64,000 nt of DNA, from the NCBI GenBank assembly GCA_038065555.1, contig JBBTQS010000001.1, positions 128,741 through 192,740 on the forward strand, read 5' to 3'. The notes beneath the pieces are model-generated. The model searched no databases. It had not been told where the DNA came from and was given only the letters and a program-made list of their open reading frames with translations. The DNA comes from Patescibacteria group bacterium. Lineage in GTDB: Bacteria; Patescibacteriota; Patescibacteriia; Magasanikbacterales; JBBTQS01. A program made the translations under genes and the position numbers. Numbering within the stretch: the first letter of the stretch is position 1; each line of letters opens with the position of its first letter. Below, piece after piece: positions 27,034 through 36,994 of this stretch.

Positions 27034-28980
27034 ATGGAGGACCCAGCCCTTTCCATTTTCTCAAGACGTGATATCAACGTGTTTGCGCAGACGAGTTTTC
27101 GCAATCAGTTCCGCAAGTTCGGAATCAAGATCGATGACCGTCGCCGTCACATGTATGTGATCGGTAAAACAGGTATGGGTAAGACCACCCTGTTAGAGAA
27201 CATGGTGCTCGGCGACATCTATGCTGGTAACGGCGTAGGAATCGTTGACCCACACGGAGATTTCGCGGAGAAAATCATCAATTACATTCCAAGTAACCGC
27301 ATTAATGATGTGGTGTATTTCAATCCGTCGGACGTCGATTTTCCGATTGGTTTTAATATTCTCGAAGTGAAGGATCCTGCGCACCGACATTTGGTGGCGT
27401 CAGGTCTCATGAGTGTCTTCAAGAAGATTTGGATCGACATGTGGAGCGCACGCATGGAGTACATTCTCAATAATACGATTTTGTCACTTCTCGAGTATCC
27501 AGGATCGACGCTCTTGGGTATCAACCGATTGCTCGCAGACAAGGAGTACCGCAAGAAGGTAGTATCGGTGATCACAGATCCAGTTGTGAAGGCGTTTTGG
27601 ATTACAGAATTCGCGAAGTATAACGACAAGTATCAGCAAGAAGCCGTTGCTCCAATTCAGAACAAGATCGGTCAGTTCCTGTCCGCTTCTGTGATGCGTA
27701 ATATCGTTGCGCAGGTGAAGTCCACAATCGATATTCGTCAGATCATGGATGGTGAAAAGATTTTCATCATGAACTTGTCCAAGGGGCGTATTGGTGAGGA
27801 CTCATCGAGATTGCTCGGTGGAATGCTCATCACCAAGATTCAGCTTGCTGCCATGGAGCGTGTGGATATGCCAGAGGCAGAGCGTAAGGATTTCTTCCTG
27901 TACGTTGATGAATTCCAGAACTTCGCAACGGAATCATTTGCGAACATTCTTTCTGAGGCGCGCAAGTACCACTTGAGTCTCATCATGGCGCATCAGTACA
28001 TCAAGCAGCTCGATGAGCATGTGGCGGATGCGGTGTTTGGTAACGTTGGTACGATTGTGACATTCCGTGTAGGTGCTGAGGATGCAGAATTCATGGAGAA
28101 GGAGTTCGAGCCTGTGTTCACAGCCAATGATATTATCAATTTGCCGAAGTTCCATATCTACTTGAAGCTCATGATCAATGGTGTGGCGTCGCAGCCGTTT
28201 AGCGCCATGGGTATGCCGCCGATTGGTAATCCGACGAATAACCTGGAGAAGGTTGTCCGTATTTCTCGTGAGCGCTACGCACTGCCACGTGCAGAGATTG
28301 AGGACAAGATCATGCAGTGGAGTGGTATGGGAGATCTCGACTCTGAGGAAGCATTGTCCCAGATGGATGGTGGATCGAAGAAGCCCAAGAATAAGGAAGT
28401 GGATATTCCACAGGAACAGCGTCATCCGTATCAAGCACAGTGTTGGAAATGTTTGCGCATGACGGATGTGCCGTTCCCACCTGATGGGAAGCGTCCAACC
28501 TATTGTCGCGACTGTTATCCAGAGGCAATGCGTGAAAAGCAGGAAGGTAAGCCTGCCCCACCTCCACCACCATTTGCACTCGCATTGTTGAAGGAGAAGA
28601 AGGACGCAGACAATCGCAAGGGAGTCTCGCTCAAGGAATTGGAGCCTGCAACAGCACCCAAACCGCAGCAGACACCAACAGCAGTTGCAGCACCTCCTGT
28701 TGCGCCACTACCACAACGTCCTCCTGAGGAGCGCAGAGTTGAACCACGAAACGATGCACCACGTCCGAGATTGTCACTTGCAGTGACTCCACCAACAGAA
28801 GATGGTGAGCACAAGAAGCGACGCAAGCGGAAGCGCACAGGTGGAGGCGGTTCTTCGAGCGGCAATGGTCAGCATGACCAGCAGCGCCCACAAAATCAGC
28901 AACAGCAACCACCTCGTCCACGGTTACACTTGCCGGACTTGCCACCAGGCACTCCGACACAGCCTCCAGCGTCCCTCTAG
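27034..28980 (+). CDS. TraD/VirD4/HerA-superfamily ATPase with CxxC-x17-CxxC domain and disordered tail
   Basis: RHMYVIGKTGMGKT (Walker A), DPHGD, LYVDEFQNF (Walker B), SEARKY and AHQYIKQL. Confidence 0.85.
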   Translation: MEDPALSIFSRRDINVFAQTSFRNQFRKFGIKIDDRRRHMYVIGKTGMGKTTLLENMVLGDIYAGNGVGIVDPHGDFAEKIINYIPSNRINDVVYFNPSDVDFPIGFNILEVKDPAHRHLVASGLMSVFKKIWIDMWSARMEYILNNTILSLLEYPGSTLLGINRLLADKEYRKKVVSVITDPVVKAFWITEFAKYNDKYQQEAVAPIQNKIGQFLSASVMRNIVAQVKSTIDIRQIMDGEKIFIMNLSKGRIGEDSSRLLGGMLITKIQLAAMERVDMPEAERKDFFLYVDEFQNFATESFANILSEARKYHLSLIMAHQYIKQLDEHVADAVFGNVGTIVTFRVGAEDAEFMEKEFEPVFTANDIINLPKFHIYLKLMINGVASQPFSAMGMPPIGNPTNNLEKVVRISRERYALPRAEIEDKIMQWSGMGDLDSEEALSQMDGGSKKPKNKEVDIPQEQRHPYQAQCWKCLRMTDVPFPPDGKRPTYCRDCYPEAMREKQEGKPAPPPPPFALALLKEKKDADNRKGVSLKELEPATAPKPQQTPTAVAAPPVAPLPQRPPEERRVEPRNDAPRPRLSLAVTPPTEDGEHKKRRKRKRTGGGGSSSGNGQHDQQRPQNQQQQPPRPRLHLPDLPPGTPTQPPASL

Positions 28981-29028
28981 GGCGCTGGTTGCTTTTTTGG
29001 TGCGTCCGCGGTATGTTGGGACGTCACT

Positions 29029-30099
29029 ATGCAAGAACAGCGCAAGAAAATTCTTGTTGGAATGAGCGGCGGCGTTGACTCCTCAGTCACAGCCGCACTC
29101 TTGGTGCGCGAAGGCTACGAAGTCATTGGTGGCTACATGCGCAATTGGTCTGATGGCAAGGAAGAGAATGGCGTATGTACCTGGAAAACAGACCGACGTG
29201 ATGCGCAACGTGTTGCTGCACACCTTGGCATTCCACTCATGACGTTTGATTTCGAAGCGCAGTACCGTGCGGAGGTCGTGCAATATCTCTACGACGAGTA
29301 CGCTGCTGGACGAACTCCGAATCCTGATGTGTTGTGCAATCGCCAGATCAAGTTTGGATATTTTTTGGATGCTGCAAAACGTCTCGGATGTGATGCTGTT
29401 GCAACGGGGCATTATGCTGGTGTGCATGTAGCCGATACGGTCGCGCACCTTTTGCGTGCGAAGGACGACAACAAGGATCAGACCTATTTTCTTCATCAGC
29501 TCAATCAGGAACAATTACGCCACGCGCTTTTTCCGCTGCAGCCGTATCTCAAGAGCGAGGTGCGTGATCTTGCGCGCGAGTTCGACTTGCCAACTGCAGA
29601 GCGCAAGGAGAGTATGGGAATTTGCTTTGTAGGTCGAGTACCTATCAAAGATTTTTTGCAGTCAAACGTCGCAGCAACTCCTGGTGACGTTGTTCTCGAA
29701 GATGGAACACGTATCGGGACACATGATGGATTGCAGTTCTTCACGATTGGTCAACGACATGGATTCACGCAGCCAGGCGGCGGCGAACCGTACTATGTTG
29801 CTGCAAAGAATTTGACGACGGGGCAATTGATTGTTGCACCACGAGAAAGCGAGCTTTTGCTCTCAAATAGCGTAGAGGTCTCGAAGATGCATTGGATCTC
29901 TAGCACTTCACCCGCACAATCGCTTCGTTGTCTTGCGCGTTTGCGTCATCGCGCGCCACTGGCGTCCTGCACTGTTGACCCGCACGAAGACGGGTCTGCA
30001 ACTGTGGTTTTTGATGAGCCACAGTGGGGCGCAGCGCCTGGACAGTTTTGTGTGTTGTACACTGAGCAGGAGTGTCTCGGTGGTGGCCCTATTAGATAG
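29029..30099 (+). CDS. mnmA: tRNA 2-thiouridylase
   Basis: MSGGVDSSV, TPNPDVLCN, ATGHYA, KDQTYFL and GICF. Confidence 0.96.
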   Translation: MQEQRKKILVGMSGGVDSSVTAALLVREGYEVIGGYMRNWSDGKEENGVCTWKTDRRDAQRVAAHLGIPLMTFDFEAQYRAEVVQYLYDEYAAGRTPNPDVLCNRQIKFGYFLDAAKRLGCDAVATGHYAGVHVADTVAHLLRAKDDNKDQTYFLHQLNQEQLRHALFPLQPYLKSEVRDLAREFDLPTAERKESMGICFVGRVPIKDFLQSNVAATPGDVVLEDGTRIGTHDGLQFFTIGQRHGFTQPGGGEPYYVAAKNLTTGQLIVAPRESELLLSNSVEVSKMHWISSTSPAQSLRCLARLRHRAPLASCTVDPHEDGSATVVFDEPQWGAAPGQFCVLYTEQECLGGGPIR

Positions 30100-30107
30100 C
30101 TACGTCG

Positions 30108-30137
30108 CCCTCTCTTCACATCCTCGTGAAGAGAGGG
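30108..30137. repeat. Perfect 12-bp hairpin between mnmA and alaS
   Basis: CCCTCTCTTCAC-ATCCTC-GTGAAGAGAGGG, with no T-tract. Confidence 0.8.
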
Positions 30138-30172
30138 TAATCTATCAATCAGTTGCCCTATCTCCAAATCGT

Positions 30173-31972
30173 ATGACAGCACAAGAACTCGTCCAAAAAT
30201 ACATTCAGTTTTTTGTAGAACGCGGACATGCGGAGATCCCATCTGCACCCCTGATTCCAGAAAATGACCCAACTGTACTCTTCACGACCGCCGGGATGCA
30301 CCCACTGGTCCCTTTTTTGCTTGGCGAGCGGCATCCTGCTGGTACGCGTCTGGTGGACTTCCAGCGTTGTGTTCGCACGGGCGATATTGATGAAGTGGGG
30401 GATGCTACACACAACACATTCTTCACCATGCTCGGCAATTGGTCGCTTGGTGATTATTTCAAGAAAGAATCGATTACGTGGAGTTACCAGCTGCTCACAC
30501 AGGCATTTGGAATTGATCCGAAGAATCTCGCTGTGACGGTGTTCGAAGGCGATGCTGATGCGCCGCGTGACGAAGAATCTGCAGGGTATTGGCGTGAGCT
30601 CGGTGTTGCGGCTGAGCGCATCGCCTTTTTGCCCAAAGGTGATAACTGGTGGGGACCTGCTGGCGTGACAGGACCGTGCGGCCCAGACACCGAGATTTTC
30701 TTTTGGACTGGGGACGAGGAAGCGCCTGCGGTGTATGACCCGAAGGACAAACGTTGGGTGGAGATTTGGAACAACGTGTTCATGCAGTACAACAAACAAG
30801 CAGATGGTACGTTTGCAGTTCTTGCAAAACCAAATGTAGACACAGGGCTGGGCCTTGAGCGTACGCTTGCGGTTCTCAATGGCAAGAAATCTGGATATGA
30901 CACGGAATTGTTCAGTGGAATGCTCGGTGCTATCGCAGCAGCGAGTGGCAAAATGTATGGTGCTGATGACGTAACAACCTTCTCGATGCGTGTCATCGCA
31001 GATCATGTGCGCACAGGCATTATGATCATTGCGGACGGTATGGTACCGAGCAACAAGGATCAAGGGTACGTACTTCGCCGACTCATTCGTCGCGCAGTTC
31101 GACATGCGCGCAAGCTCGGTGTTGAGAACATCGAATCGCTCTTGCGCGCGCTCACTGATGCAGCAGTCGCATCATTGGGCATGCTGTACGCGCATCTCGA
31201 GCCACAGCGTGAGCACGTGGTGACTGTACTCCTTGCAGAAGCAAAGAAGTTCGAAGCCACGATTCAGAAAGGCCTCAAGGAAGTGCAGCACATCTGGGAA
31301 ACACGCAAAGAAGTAACGGCCAAGGATGCGTTCGATCTCTACCAGTCATATGGATTTCCACTCGAGTTAACTGAAGAAGTGGCTCGCGAGTATGGACAAG
31401 TCATTGATGCAGCAGCATTTCGTGCTTCATTTGCAGAGCATCAGACACTATCACGCGCTGGAGCAGAGAAGAAGTTCGCAGGTGGGCTTGCTGATCATTC
31501 AGCAGAGACAACGCGATTGCACACCGCAACGCACTTGTTGCACAAAGCACTCAAAAATATTCTAGGCGAAGAGGTCCAACAGAAGGGGAGTAATATCACC
31601 GCAGAGCGTTTGCGATTTGACTTCAACTATCCAACGAAGGTAACGGACGAGCAGCTCAAAGCGATTGAGGATATGGTCAATGAGCAAATTGCGAAGGAAT
31701 TGCCTGTTGGGTTCAAGGAGCTCACGCCAGAGGAAGCAAAGGCAAGCAATGCCATCGGGTATTTCGAGGACAAATACGCACAGCTCGGTGGCAAGCTCAA
31801 GGTCTATGCCGTGGGCGATGACGCACGTGGATACTACTCAAGTGAAATTTGTGGCGGACCACATGTAGCTAATACTGCCGAACTCAAGCATTTCCGTATC
31901 CAAAAGGAGGAAGCGGTTTCAGCGGGTATTCGTCGTATCAAGGCTACGGTTGATGCTAATGGACACGCATGA
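30173..31972 (+). CDS. alaS: Alanine--tRNA ligase (short form)
   Basis: LFTTAGM, MLGNWSLGDYFK, EIWNNVFMQY, DTGLGLER, HTATH and CGGPH. Confidence 0.96.
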   Translation: MTAQELVQKYIQFFVERGHAEIPSAPLIPENDPTVLFTTAGMHPLVPFLLGERHPAGTRLVDFQRCVRTGDIDEVGDATHNTFFTMLGNWSLGDYFKKESITWSYQLLTQAFGIDPKNLAVTVFEGDADAPRDEESAGYWRELGVAAERIAFLPKGDNWWGPAGVTGPCGPDTEIFFWTGDEEAPAVYDPKDKRWVEIWNNVFMQYNKQADGTFAVLAKPNVDTGLGLERTLAVLNGKKSGYDTELFSGMLGAIAAASGKMYGADDVTTFSMRVIADHVRTGIMIIADGMVPSNKDQGYVLRRLIRRAVRHARKLGVENIESLLRALTDAAVASLGMLYAHLEPQREHVVTVLLAEAKKFEATIQKGLKEVQHIWETRKEVTAKDAFDLYQSYGFPLELTEEVAREYGQVIDAAAFRASFAEHQTLSRAGAEKKFAGGLADHSAETTRLHTATHLLHKALKNILGEEVQQKGSNITAERLRFDFNYPTKVTDEQLKAIEDMVNEQIAKELPVGFKELTPEEAKASNAIGYFEDKYAQLGGKLKVYAVGDDARGYYSSEICGGPHVANTAELKHFRIQKEEAVSAGIRRIKATVDANGHA

Positions 31973-33657
31973 TGCGCCGTTGGTTGAGCCGCGTTCATCT
32001 CCCGATTTTCCTTCTGATTCTTGTTGCACTTTCTGCGCACGGGCAAATGCTCGGGCGCGGATTTGTGTCTGATGATTGGGATTGGTTGCATATCGCGGCA
32101 ACAGCGCAGTTCCCAGAGTATTTTGTTGGTAATTACGCAGGAGAGCATGCTGTTGGTGGATCGTATCGTCCTGTTGTGACGGTTGTGATGCAGATGCTGT
32201 ACGCACTGTTCGGGCTGCAGGCTATTTGGTACCACGCGCTTTCTCTGGTGTTGCTCGTGGTCACAGCTATTGGTATTGCACGACTGGTGCAGACTATATT
32301 TGCCTCTGTGAGACAGCAGACGTGGATTGCGTGGATGAGCGCGCTTTTGTTTGTGCTCATTCCAACACATGCAGAAGCAGTGTATTGGGTTGCAGGGCTT
32401 CCGGATATGATCGCAGCTGCGTGTATGGTCTGGTCCAGTGTGTGGATGGTGCGGTGGCTACGCTACAATTCGTGGCGTAGCGCTGTGGTTGCGGTGGTCC
32501 TCTGGATCATAGCGCTCGGTGCAAAGGAGAATGCGGTAGTGTTGCCGGGGATTTGGTTCGCGTGCACCGCAGTGATCGCGTCTCTTGAGTGGGATCGGTC
32601 AGCATATCGATCCCGTGTGTTGCCACTGTTGCGATGGTTTGGGGGGGCGATCGCAATCCTTGTTGCTTTTGTCCTATTGCGTCGCTACGCAGTTGGGAGT
32701 AGCACATTGGTATACAGCGTTGCGGCAGCACAACTCTCACTACACAGCGCAGCTATTTCGTTGTTGCACACGTTAGTTGCGCCTGTTGTTGGATGGCATG
32801 AGATTCGACATCAGATTGTTGCGTGGGTGTGGGAGTACCGTGTATGGGTTGTGAGTGTTGTCGGTGCACTCGGATTAGGTACAATAGGCTATGGCGTGCG
32901 CAGATATGGGCGCACCACAGGTGCTGCGTTGGCACTGTTGGCTGCATTCATGATCGCTGCAATCCCAAATACTGTTGTGACATACCACCCGGTCTTTGCA
33001 GAGGGGGAGCGATTTGCATATTTTCCATCGGTGTTCATCGCAGTACTCCTTGCGTGGGGTTGTAGTTGGCTGATTACGTTGCAGCAGCAGTTGGGACGTG
33101 CAGCAACGCTCATGCTCGCACTGAGTATGACAATTGCTATTCCTCATTATCATCGTGCATGGGATGAAGCAGACCGCGCACTCGCAACAGTGCAGCAGGA
33201 CCTCACGACCTACGCAGCGACGCACTCACGTCCACAAGCAGTACTGATTGGTCTTCCAGAATTCGCACACACTATCGCTCCAGTTCTGCGCAACGGATTG
33301 CCGCAGTGGTATGCGATGACACATGACCTTGCGCCTTCCCCCTATGGTCGGTTACCCTATTACACGCAGTGGGACGGTCGCAGTGCAATGACATGGGTTG
33401 CAGACACCAATGGGTGGAAGGCAACGTATGCCACAAGCACATCACTGTGGGGCCCAGCCACATACGCGGATAGTAACCACCTGGTAGAATTATGGGGGTA
33501 TAACTACGCATTGCAGCATGGCGGGAACTTCGTGAAGTTCGTCTATCGTCCTGATGACCCCCGTACGAAGAGCTATCGCAGTGAAATATCGCCACCGATT
33601 ATTGCGTGGAGCAAAGACGGGTTTATCCCCATGCCACAGGCCACGTCGCTAAAATAA
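31969..33657 (+). CDS. GT-C fold polytopic membrane glycosyltransferase (PMT/TMTC-like)
   Basis: SDD after the first TM, YRP, HAEAVYW, AKENA, ERFAYFP and many TM helices. Confidence 0.7.
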   Translation: MMRRWLSRVHLPIFLLILVALSAHGQMLGRGFVSDDWDWLHIAATAQFPEYFVGNYAGEHAVGGSYRPVVTVVMQMLYALFGLQAIWYHALSLVLLVVTAIGIARLVQTIFASVRQQTWIAWMSALLFVLIPTHAEAVYWVAGLPDMIAAACMVWSSVWMVRWLRYNSWRSAVVAVVLWIIALGAKENAVVLPGIWFACTAVIASLEWDRSAYRSRVLPLLRWFGGAIAILVAFVLLRRYAVGSSTLVYSVAAAQLSLHSAAISLLHTLVAPVVGWHEIRHQIVAWVWEYRVWVVSVVGALGLGTIGYGVRRYGRTTGAALALLAAFMIAAIPNTVVTYHPVFAEGERFAYFPSVFIAVLLAWGCSWLITLQQQLGRAATLMLALSMTIAIPHYHRAWDEADRALATVQQDLTTYAATHSRPQAVLIGLPEFAHTIAPVLRNGLPQWYAMTHDLAPSPYGRLPYYTQWDGRSAMTWVADTNGWKATYATSTSLWGPATYADSNHLVELWGYNYALQHGGNFVKFVYRPDDPRTKSYRSEISPPIIAWSKDGFIPMPQATSLK

Positions 33658-33694
33658 GCTAAATCATGTTGCAAAAATCGATTTTTATTGTCTA

Positions 33695-33723
33695 TTGACA
33701 GGAAATTTCACTTCACCTATACT
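33695..33723 (+). promoter_or_regulatory. Promoter of the infA-rpsI operon
   Basis: TTGACA-17 nt-TATACT. Confidence 0.8.
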
Positions 33724-33736
33724 ACCGACAGTATTT

Positions 33737-33961
33737 ATGCCCGATCCATCGAAAAACGACGTTGTAGAGTTTGTAGGCGTGATTGAGGAATTGTTGCCAG
33801 CTGGCATGTTCCGCGTCCGTCTCGAGAACGAGCATATGATTCTTGCATACTTGTCAGGCAAGATGCGCAAGAATCATATTCGCCTCACCACAGGCGATTC
33901 TGTGCGCGTTGAAATGTCTCCCTACGACCTTACGAAAGGGCGAATCGTGTATCGTCAATAA
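33737..33961 (+). CDS. infA: Translation initiation factor IF-1
   Basis: [16 protein letters not shown] and [13 protein letters not shown]. Confidence 0.96.
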   Translation: MPDPSKNDVVEFVGVIEELLPAGMFRVRLENEHMILAYLSGKMRKNHIRLTTGDSVRVEMSPYDLTKGRIVYRQ

Positions 33962-33968
33962 CCCCGCT

Positions 33969-34082
33969 ATGAAAGTACGTTCATCGGTGAAGAAAATGTG
34001 CAAGGACTGCAAGACAGCGCGCCGTGAAGGACGCGTGATTGTACAGTGCAAGACTCCAAAACATAAGCAGCGACAAGGATAA
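33969..34082 (+). CDS. rpmJ: 50S ribosomal protein L36 (Zn-binding form)
   Basis: [15 protein letters not shown]...[11 protein letters not shown]. Confidence 0.96.
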   Translation: MKVRSSVKKMCKDCKTARREGRVIVQCKTPKHKQRQG

Positions 34083-34087
34083 TCTCT

Positions 34088-34474
34088 ATGGCACGTATCT
34101 CAGGTATTACACTTCCAAAGGACAAGCGCGTTGACGTGGCGCTTACATATATTTACGGCATCGGACCAGCCATTGCGAAGCTCATCATTGCGAAGACTCA
34201 GATCAAGCCTGAGATTCGTGTGAAGGATCTCTCCCAAGCTGAAGAAGATCGCCTGCGCACTGTTGTGGAGAAGGAATACGCAACTGAAGGAGATTTGCGC
34301 CGTAACATTGCGATGAACATCAAGCGTCTCAAGGACATCAAGTCCTATCGCGGCACTCGTCATGCGAAGCGTCTCCCAGCACGCGGTCAGCGCACCAAGG
34401 TCAACTCGCGTACCGTTCGCGGCAACACGCGCAAGACCATGGGTTCTGGCAAAAAGCCAGTTGGTCTCAAGTAA
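34088..34474 (+). CDS. rpsM: 30S ribosomal protein S13
   Basis: ALTYIYGIG and YRGTRH..LPARGQRTK. Confidence 0.97.
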   Translation: MARISGITLPKDKRVDVALTYIYGIGPAIAKLIIAKTQIKPEIRVKDLSQAEEDRLRTVVEKEYATEGDLRRNIAMNIKRLKDIKSYRGTRHAKRLPARGQRTKVNSRTVRGNTRKTMGSGKKPVGLK

Positions 34475-34492
34475 TCCACGCACTGAATAGCT

Positions 34493-34909
34493 ATGGCACA
34501 AACGAACAAACCAGCGGCAGCAGTAAAGGCGAAAGTCGCTAAGAAAAAGAAAGTAGCACGCAACGTACCAAAGGGTCTTGCGTACATCAATGCAACCTAC
34601 AACAACACCATCGTATCTGTAACTGACCTTGACGGTAACGTTCTCGGTTGGGCAAGCGCAGGTATGGTTGGGTTCAAGGGTCCAAAGAAGGCGACACCAT
34701 ACGCAGCTTCGATGATCGTCAAGAAAATCATGGAAGGCATCGCAGCAGTAGGTATCCAGGAAGTGACTGTATTTATCAAGGGTATTGGCCAGGGTCGCGA
34801 AGGAGCAATCCGCGCGTTCCATGCAAATAACGTAGCGGTGAATGGTATCAACGATGTGACACCAATTCCGCACAATGGTTGCCGCCCACGCAAGCGCCGC
34901 CGCGTGTAA
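34493..34909 (+). CDS. rpsK: 30S ribosomal protein S11
   Basis: YNNTIV, KATPYAA and DVTPIPHNGCRP. Confidence 0.97.
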   Translation: MAQTNKPAAAVKAKVAKKKKVARNVPKGLAYINATYNNTIVSVTDLDGNVLGWASAGMVGFKGPKKATPYAASMIVKKIMEGIAAVGIQEVTVFIKGIGQGREGAIRAFHANNVAVNGINDVTPIPHNGCRPRKRRRV

Positions 34910-34931
34910 TACTCTCCAGAACGCAACGATT

Positions 34932-35552
34932 ATGCCAGTACAATATCATGAATCTAAGTGTGTGAAGTGCCGCCGCGAGGGCGTCAAGCTTTTCCTCAAA
35001 GGTGAGAAATGCTTTACGACCAAGTGTCCGGTTGCTCGCCGTCCATTTGCCCCTGGTCAGCACGGTCCAACCGCGCGCCGACCAAAGGTTTCGGTTTACG
35101 GTTCGCAGCTTCGCGAAAAGCAAAAAGCAAAGCGTATTTACGGTCTCACCGAAGCCCAGTTCATGGGATATGTTGAGCGCGCAAACCGCAAAGTAGGTGA
35201 CACAGGTGTAATGCTCCAGCAGATGCTCGAGACACGTCTTGATAACGTGGTCTACCGCCTTGGATTCGCTGCATCACGCTTTGATGCTCGTCAAAAAGTT
35301 TCCCACTGCCACATGACTGTGAACGGTAAGTCCGTGAACATTCCATCATACCGCGTTGCGGTAGGGGATGTGATCGCGCTTGACGCCACCAAGTTTGCGG
35401 CAATCAAGGAACGCGTTAGCAAACACCAAGCTCCATCATGGCTCGCGCTCGACGCGAGTGCGATGAGCGGCAAAATGGTCGCAATTCCGGGAAAAACGGA
35501 CTTCGACACGGTGTTTGACACCAAAATGATCATTGAATTCTATTCACGCTAA
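34932..35552 (+). CDS. rpsD: 30S ribosomal protein S4 (N-terminal Zn-finger form)
   Basis: CVKCRREG..PGQHG, QLREKQK and LETRLDNVVYRLG. Confidence 0.97.
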   Translation: MPVQYHESKCVKCRREGVKLFLKGEKCFTTKCPVARRPFAPGQHGPTARRPKVSVYGSQLREKQKAKRIYGLTEAQFMGYVERANRKVGDTGVMLQQMLETRLDNVVYRLGFAASRFDARQKVSHCHMTVNGKSVNIPSYRVAVGDVIALDATKFAAIKERVSKHQAPSWLALDASAMSGKMVAIPGKTDFDTVFDTKMIIEFYSR

Positions 35553-35562
35553 ATCCATTTCT

Positions 35563-36252
35563 ATGGAGGCACTTCTTTTGCCAAGCTCTACAACCTATAG
35601 CGAGCTCGAGACCCCGCATACGGCAGAGATCGTGGTTAGCCCGTGCTATCACGGCTACGGCACGACCATTGGCAACATGTTGCGCCGCGTGCTCCTCTCA
35701 TCCCTTCCTGGTGCTGCAATTACTGCAGTGAAGATCAAGGGAGTTGCTCATGAGTTCTCCGGCATTGACGGCGTTCTCGAAGACGTAGTGCAGATTCTCC
35801 TCAACCTCAAGAAAGTACGTGTTCGCGTGCACTCTGAGAACGAGGTGAAGATCACACTCAAGGCAACAGGCGCTCGCGCAGTAACGGCTGCAGACATTGA
35901 AGGTAACTCTGATGTCGAAGTCGTGAACCCAGAGGCACACATTGCAACCATCACGGATGCAAAGAAGGTACTCGAAATGGAAATCATGGTTCGTCAGGGT
36001 CGCGGATACGTTCCGGTAGAGGAGCGTGGCGACGAAAGTTTGGAACTCGGCATGATCGCAGTGGATGCGGTGTACACCCCAGTGGTGGACGTCGGATACC
36101 ACGTAGAGTTCACCCGTGTGGGTGACATCACCAACTACGAGAAGCTCACACTTCGCGTACAGACAGACGGTACACTCTCCCCAAAGGATGCAGTGACCCA
36201 GTCGGTGAAGATCCTTGCTGACCACCTCAATATCATTCAGTCCATCGCGTAA
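35563..36252 (+). CDS. rpoA: RNA polymerase alpha subunit, N-terminal domain only (229 aa)
   Basis: GYGTTIGNMLRRVLLSSLPG, HEFS, GRGYVP and TDGTLSP. Stops immediately after the last NTD helix. Confidence 0.95.
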   Translation: MEALLLPSSTTYSELETPHTAEIVVSPCYHGYGTTIGNMLRRVLLSSLPGAAITAVKIKGVAHEFSGIDGVLEDVVQILLNLKKVRVRVHSENEVKITLKATGARAVTAADIEGNSDVEVVNPEAHIATITDAKKVLEMEIMVRQGRGYVPVEERGDESLELGMIAVDAVYTPVVDVGYHVEFTRVGDITNYEKLTLRVQTDGTLSPKDAVTQSVKILADHLNIIQSIA

Positions 36253-36286
36253 GGAGCGAGACAACAGTCACAGTAACAGCAGGCCT

Positions 36287-36637
36287 ATGCGCCACAATAA
36301 TAAAGTCAAAACATTCGATCGTAAGAAGGCATCTCGCGAAGCCCTCTTCCGCTCCCTCGCGGAGTCGGTGATTCTTCGTGAGCGTGTGGAGACGACTCAG
36401 GCAAAGGCCAAGTACGTCCGCCCGCTTGTTGAGAAGCTTATTACGCTCGGAAAGAAGCGATCGTTGCACGCACAGCGTGAGATCCTCAAGCAGGTGTACA
36501 CCCAGCAAGCTCGTAAGAAGTTGGTTGAGGCACTTGCTGACAAGTATCAGGATCGCGCAGGTGGGTACACACGTATCGTTGCATCTGGATGCCGTCCTGG
36601 TGATGGAGCATCTATGGCTATTATCGAATTGGTCTAA
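36287..36637 (+). CDS. rplQ: 50S ribosomal protein L17
   Basis: MRH, TTQAKAK, EKLITLGK and GGYTRI. Confidence 0.96.
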   Translation: MRHNNKVKTFDRKKASREALFRSLAESVILRERVETTQAKAKYVRPLVEKLITLGKKRSLHAQREILKQVYTQQARKKLVEALADKYQDRAGGYTRIVASGCRPGDGASMAIIELV

Positions 36638-36642
36638 TCCCT

Positions 36643-36990
36643 ATGAGCAAAACACATACTATTGATGCTACAGGGCAGGCTCCAGGTCGCGTTGCAACCG
36701 CAGTTGCACGCATCCTCATGGGCAAGCACACCGCTCAGTACGAACCACGCGTGTGGTCCGGTGAGCCAGTGCATGTTATCAATGCAGGAGCGATCAAGAC
36801 CACTCCAAAGAAGTTGGAGCAGAAGAACTACTACCGTCACAGCAAGTATCCAGGTGGTTTGAAAACAACGACTATGGAGAAGGCAATGGCAAAGGACCCA
36901 ACGTTCATCATTCGCCACGCAGTAGCTCGCATGTTGCCGAAGAACAATATGCGCGTCCGCATGCTTAAGAACTTGCGCATTACCGCATAA
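36643..36990 (+). CDS. rplM: 50S ribosomal protein L13 (short)
   Basis: IDA..GRVA, LMGKH, YRHSKYPGG and MLPKN. Confidence 0.95.
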   Translation: MSKTHTIDATGQAPGRVATAVARILMGKHTAQYEPRVWSGEPVHVINAGAIKTTPKKLEQKNYYRHSKYPGGLKTTTMEKAMAKDPTFIIRHAVARMLPKNNMRVRMLKNLRITA

Positions 36991-36994
36991 CGCT

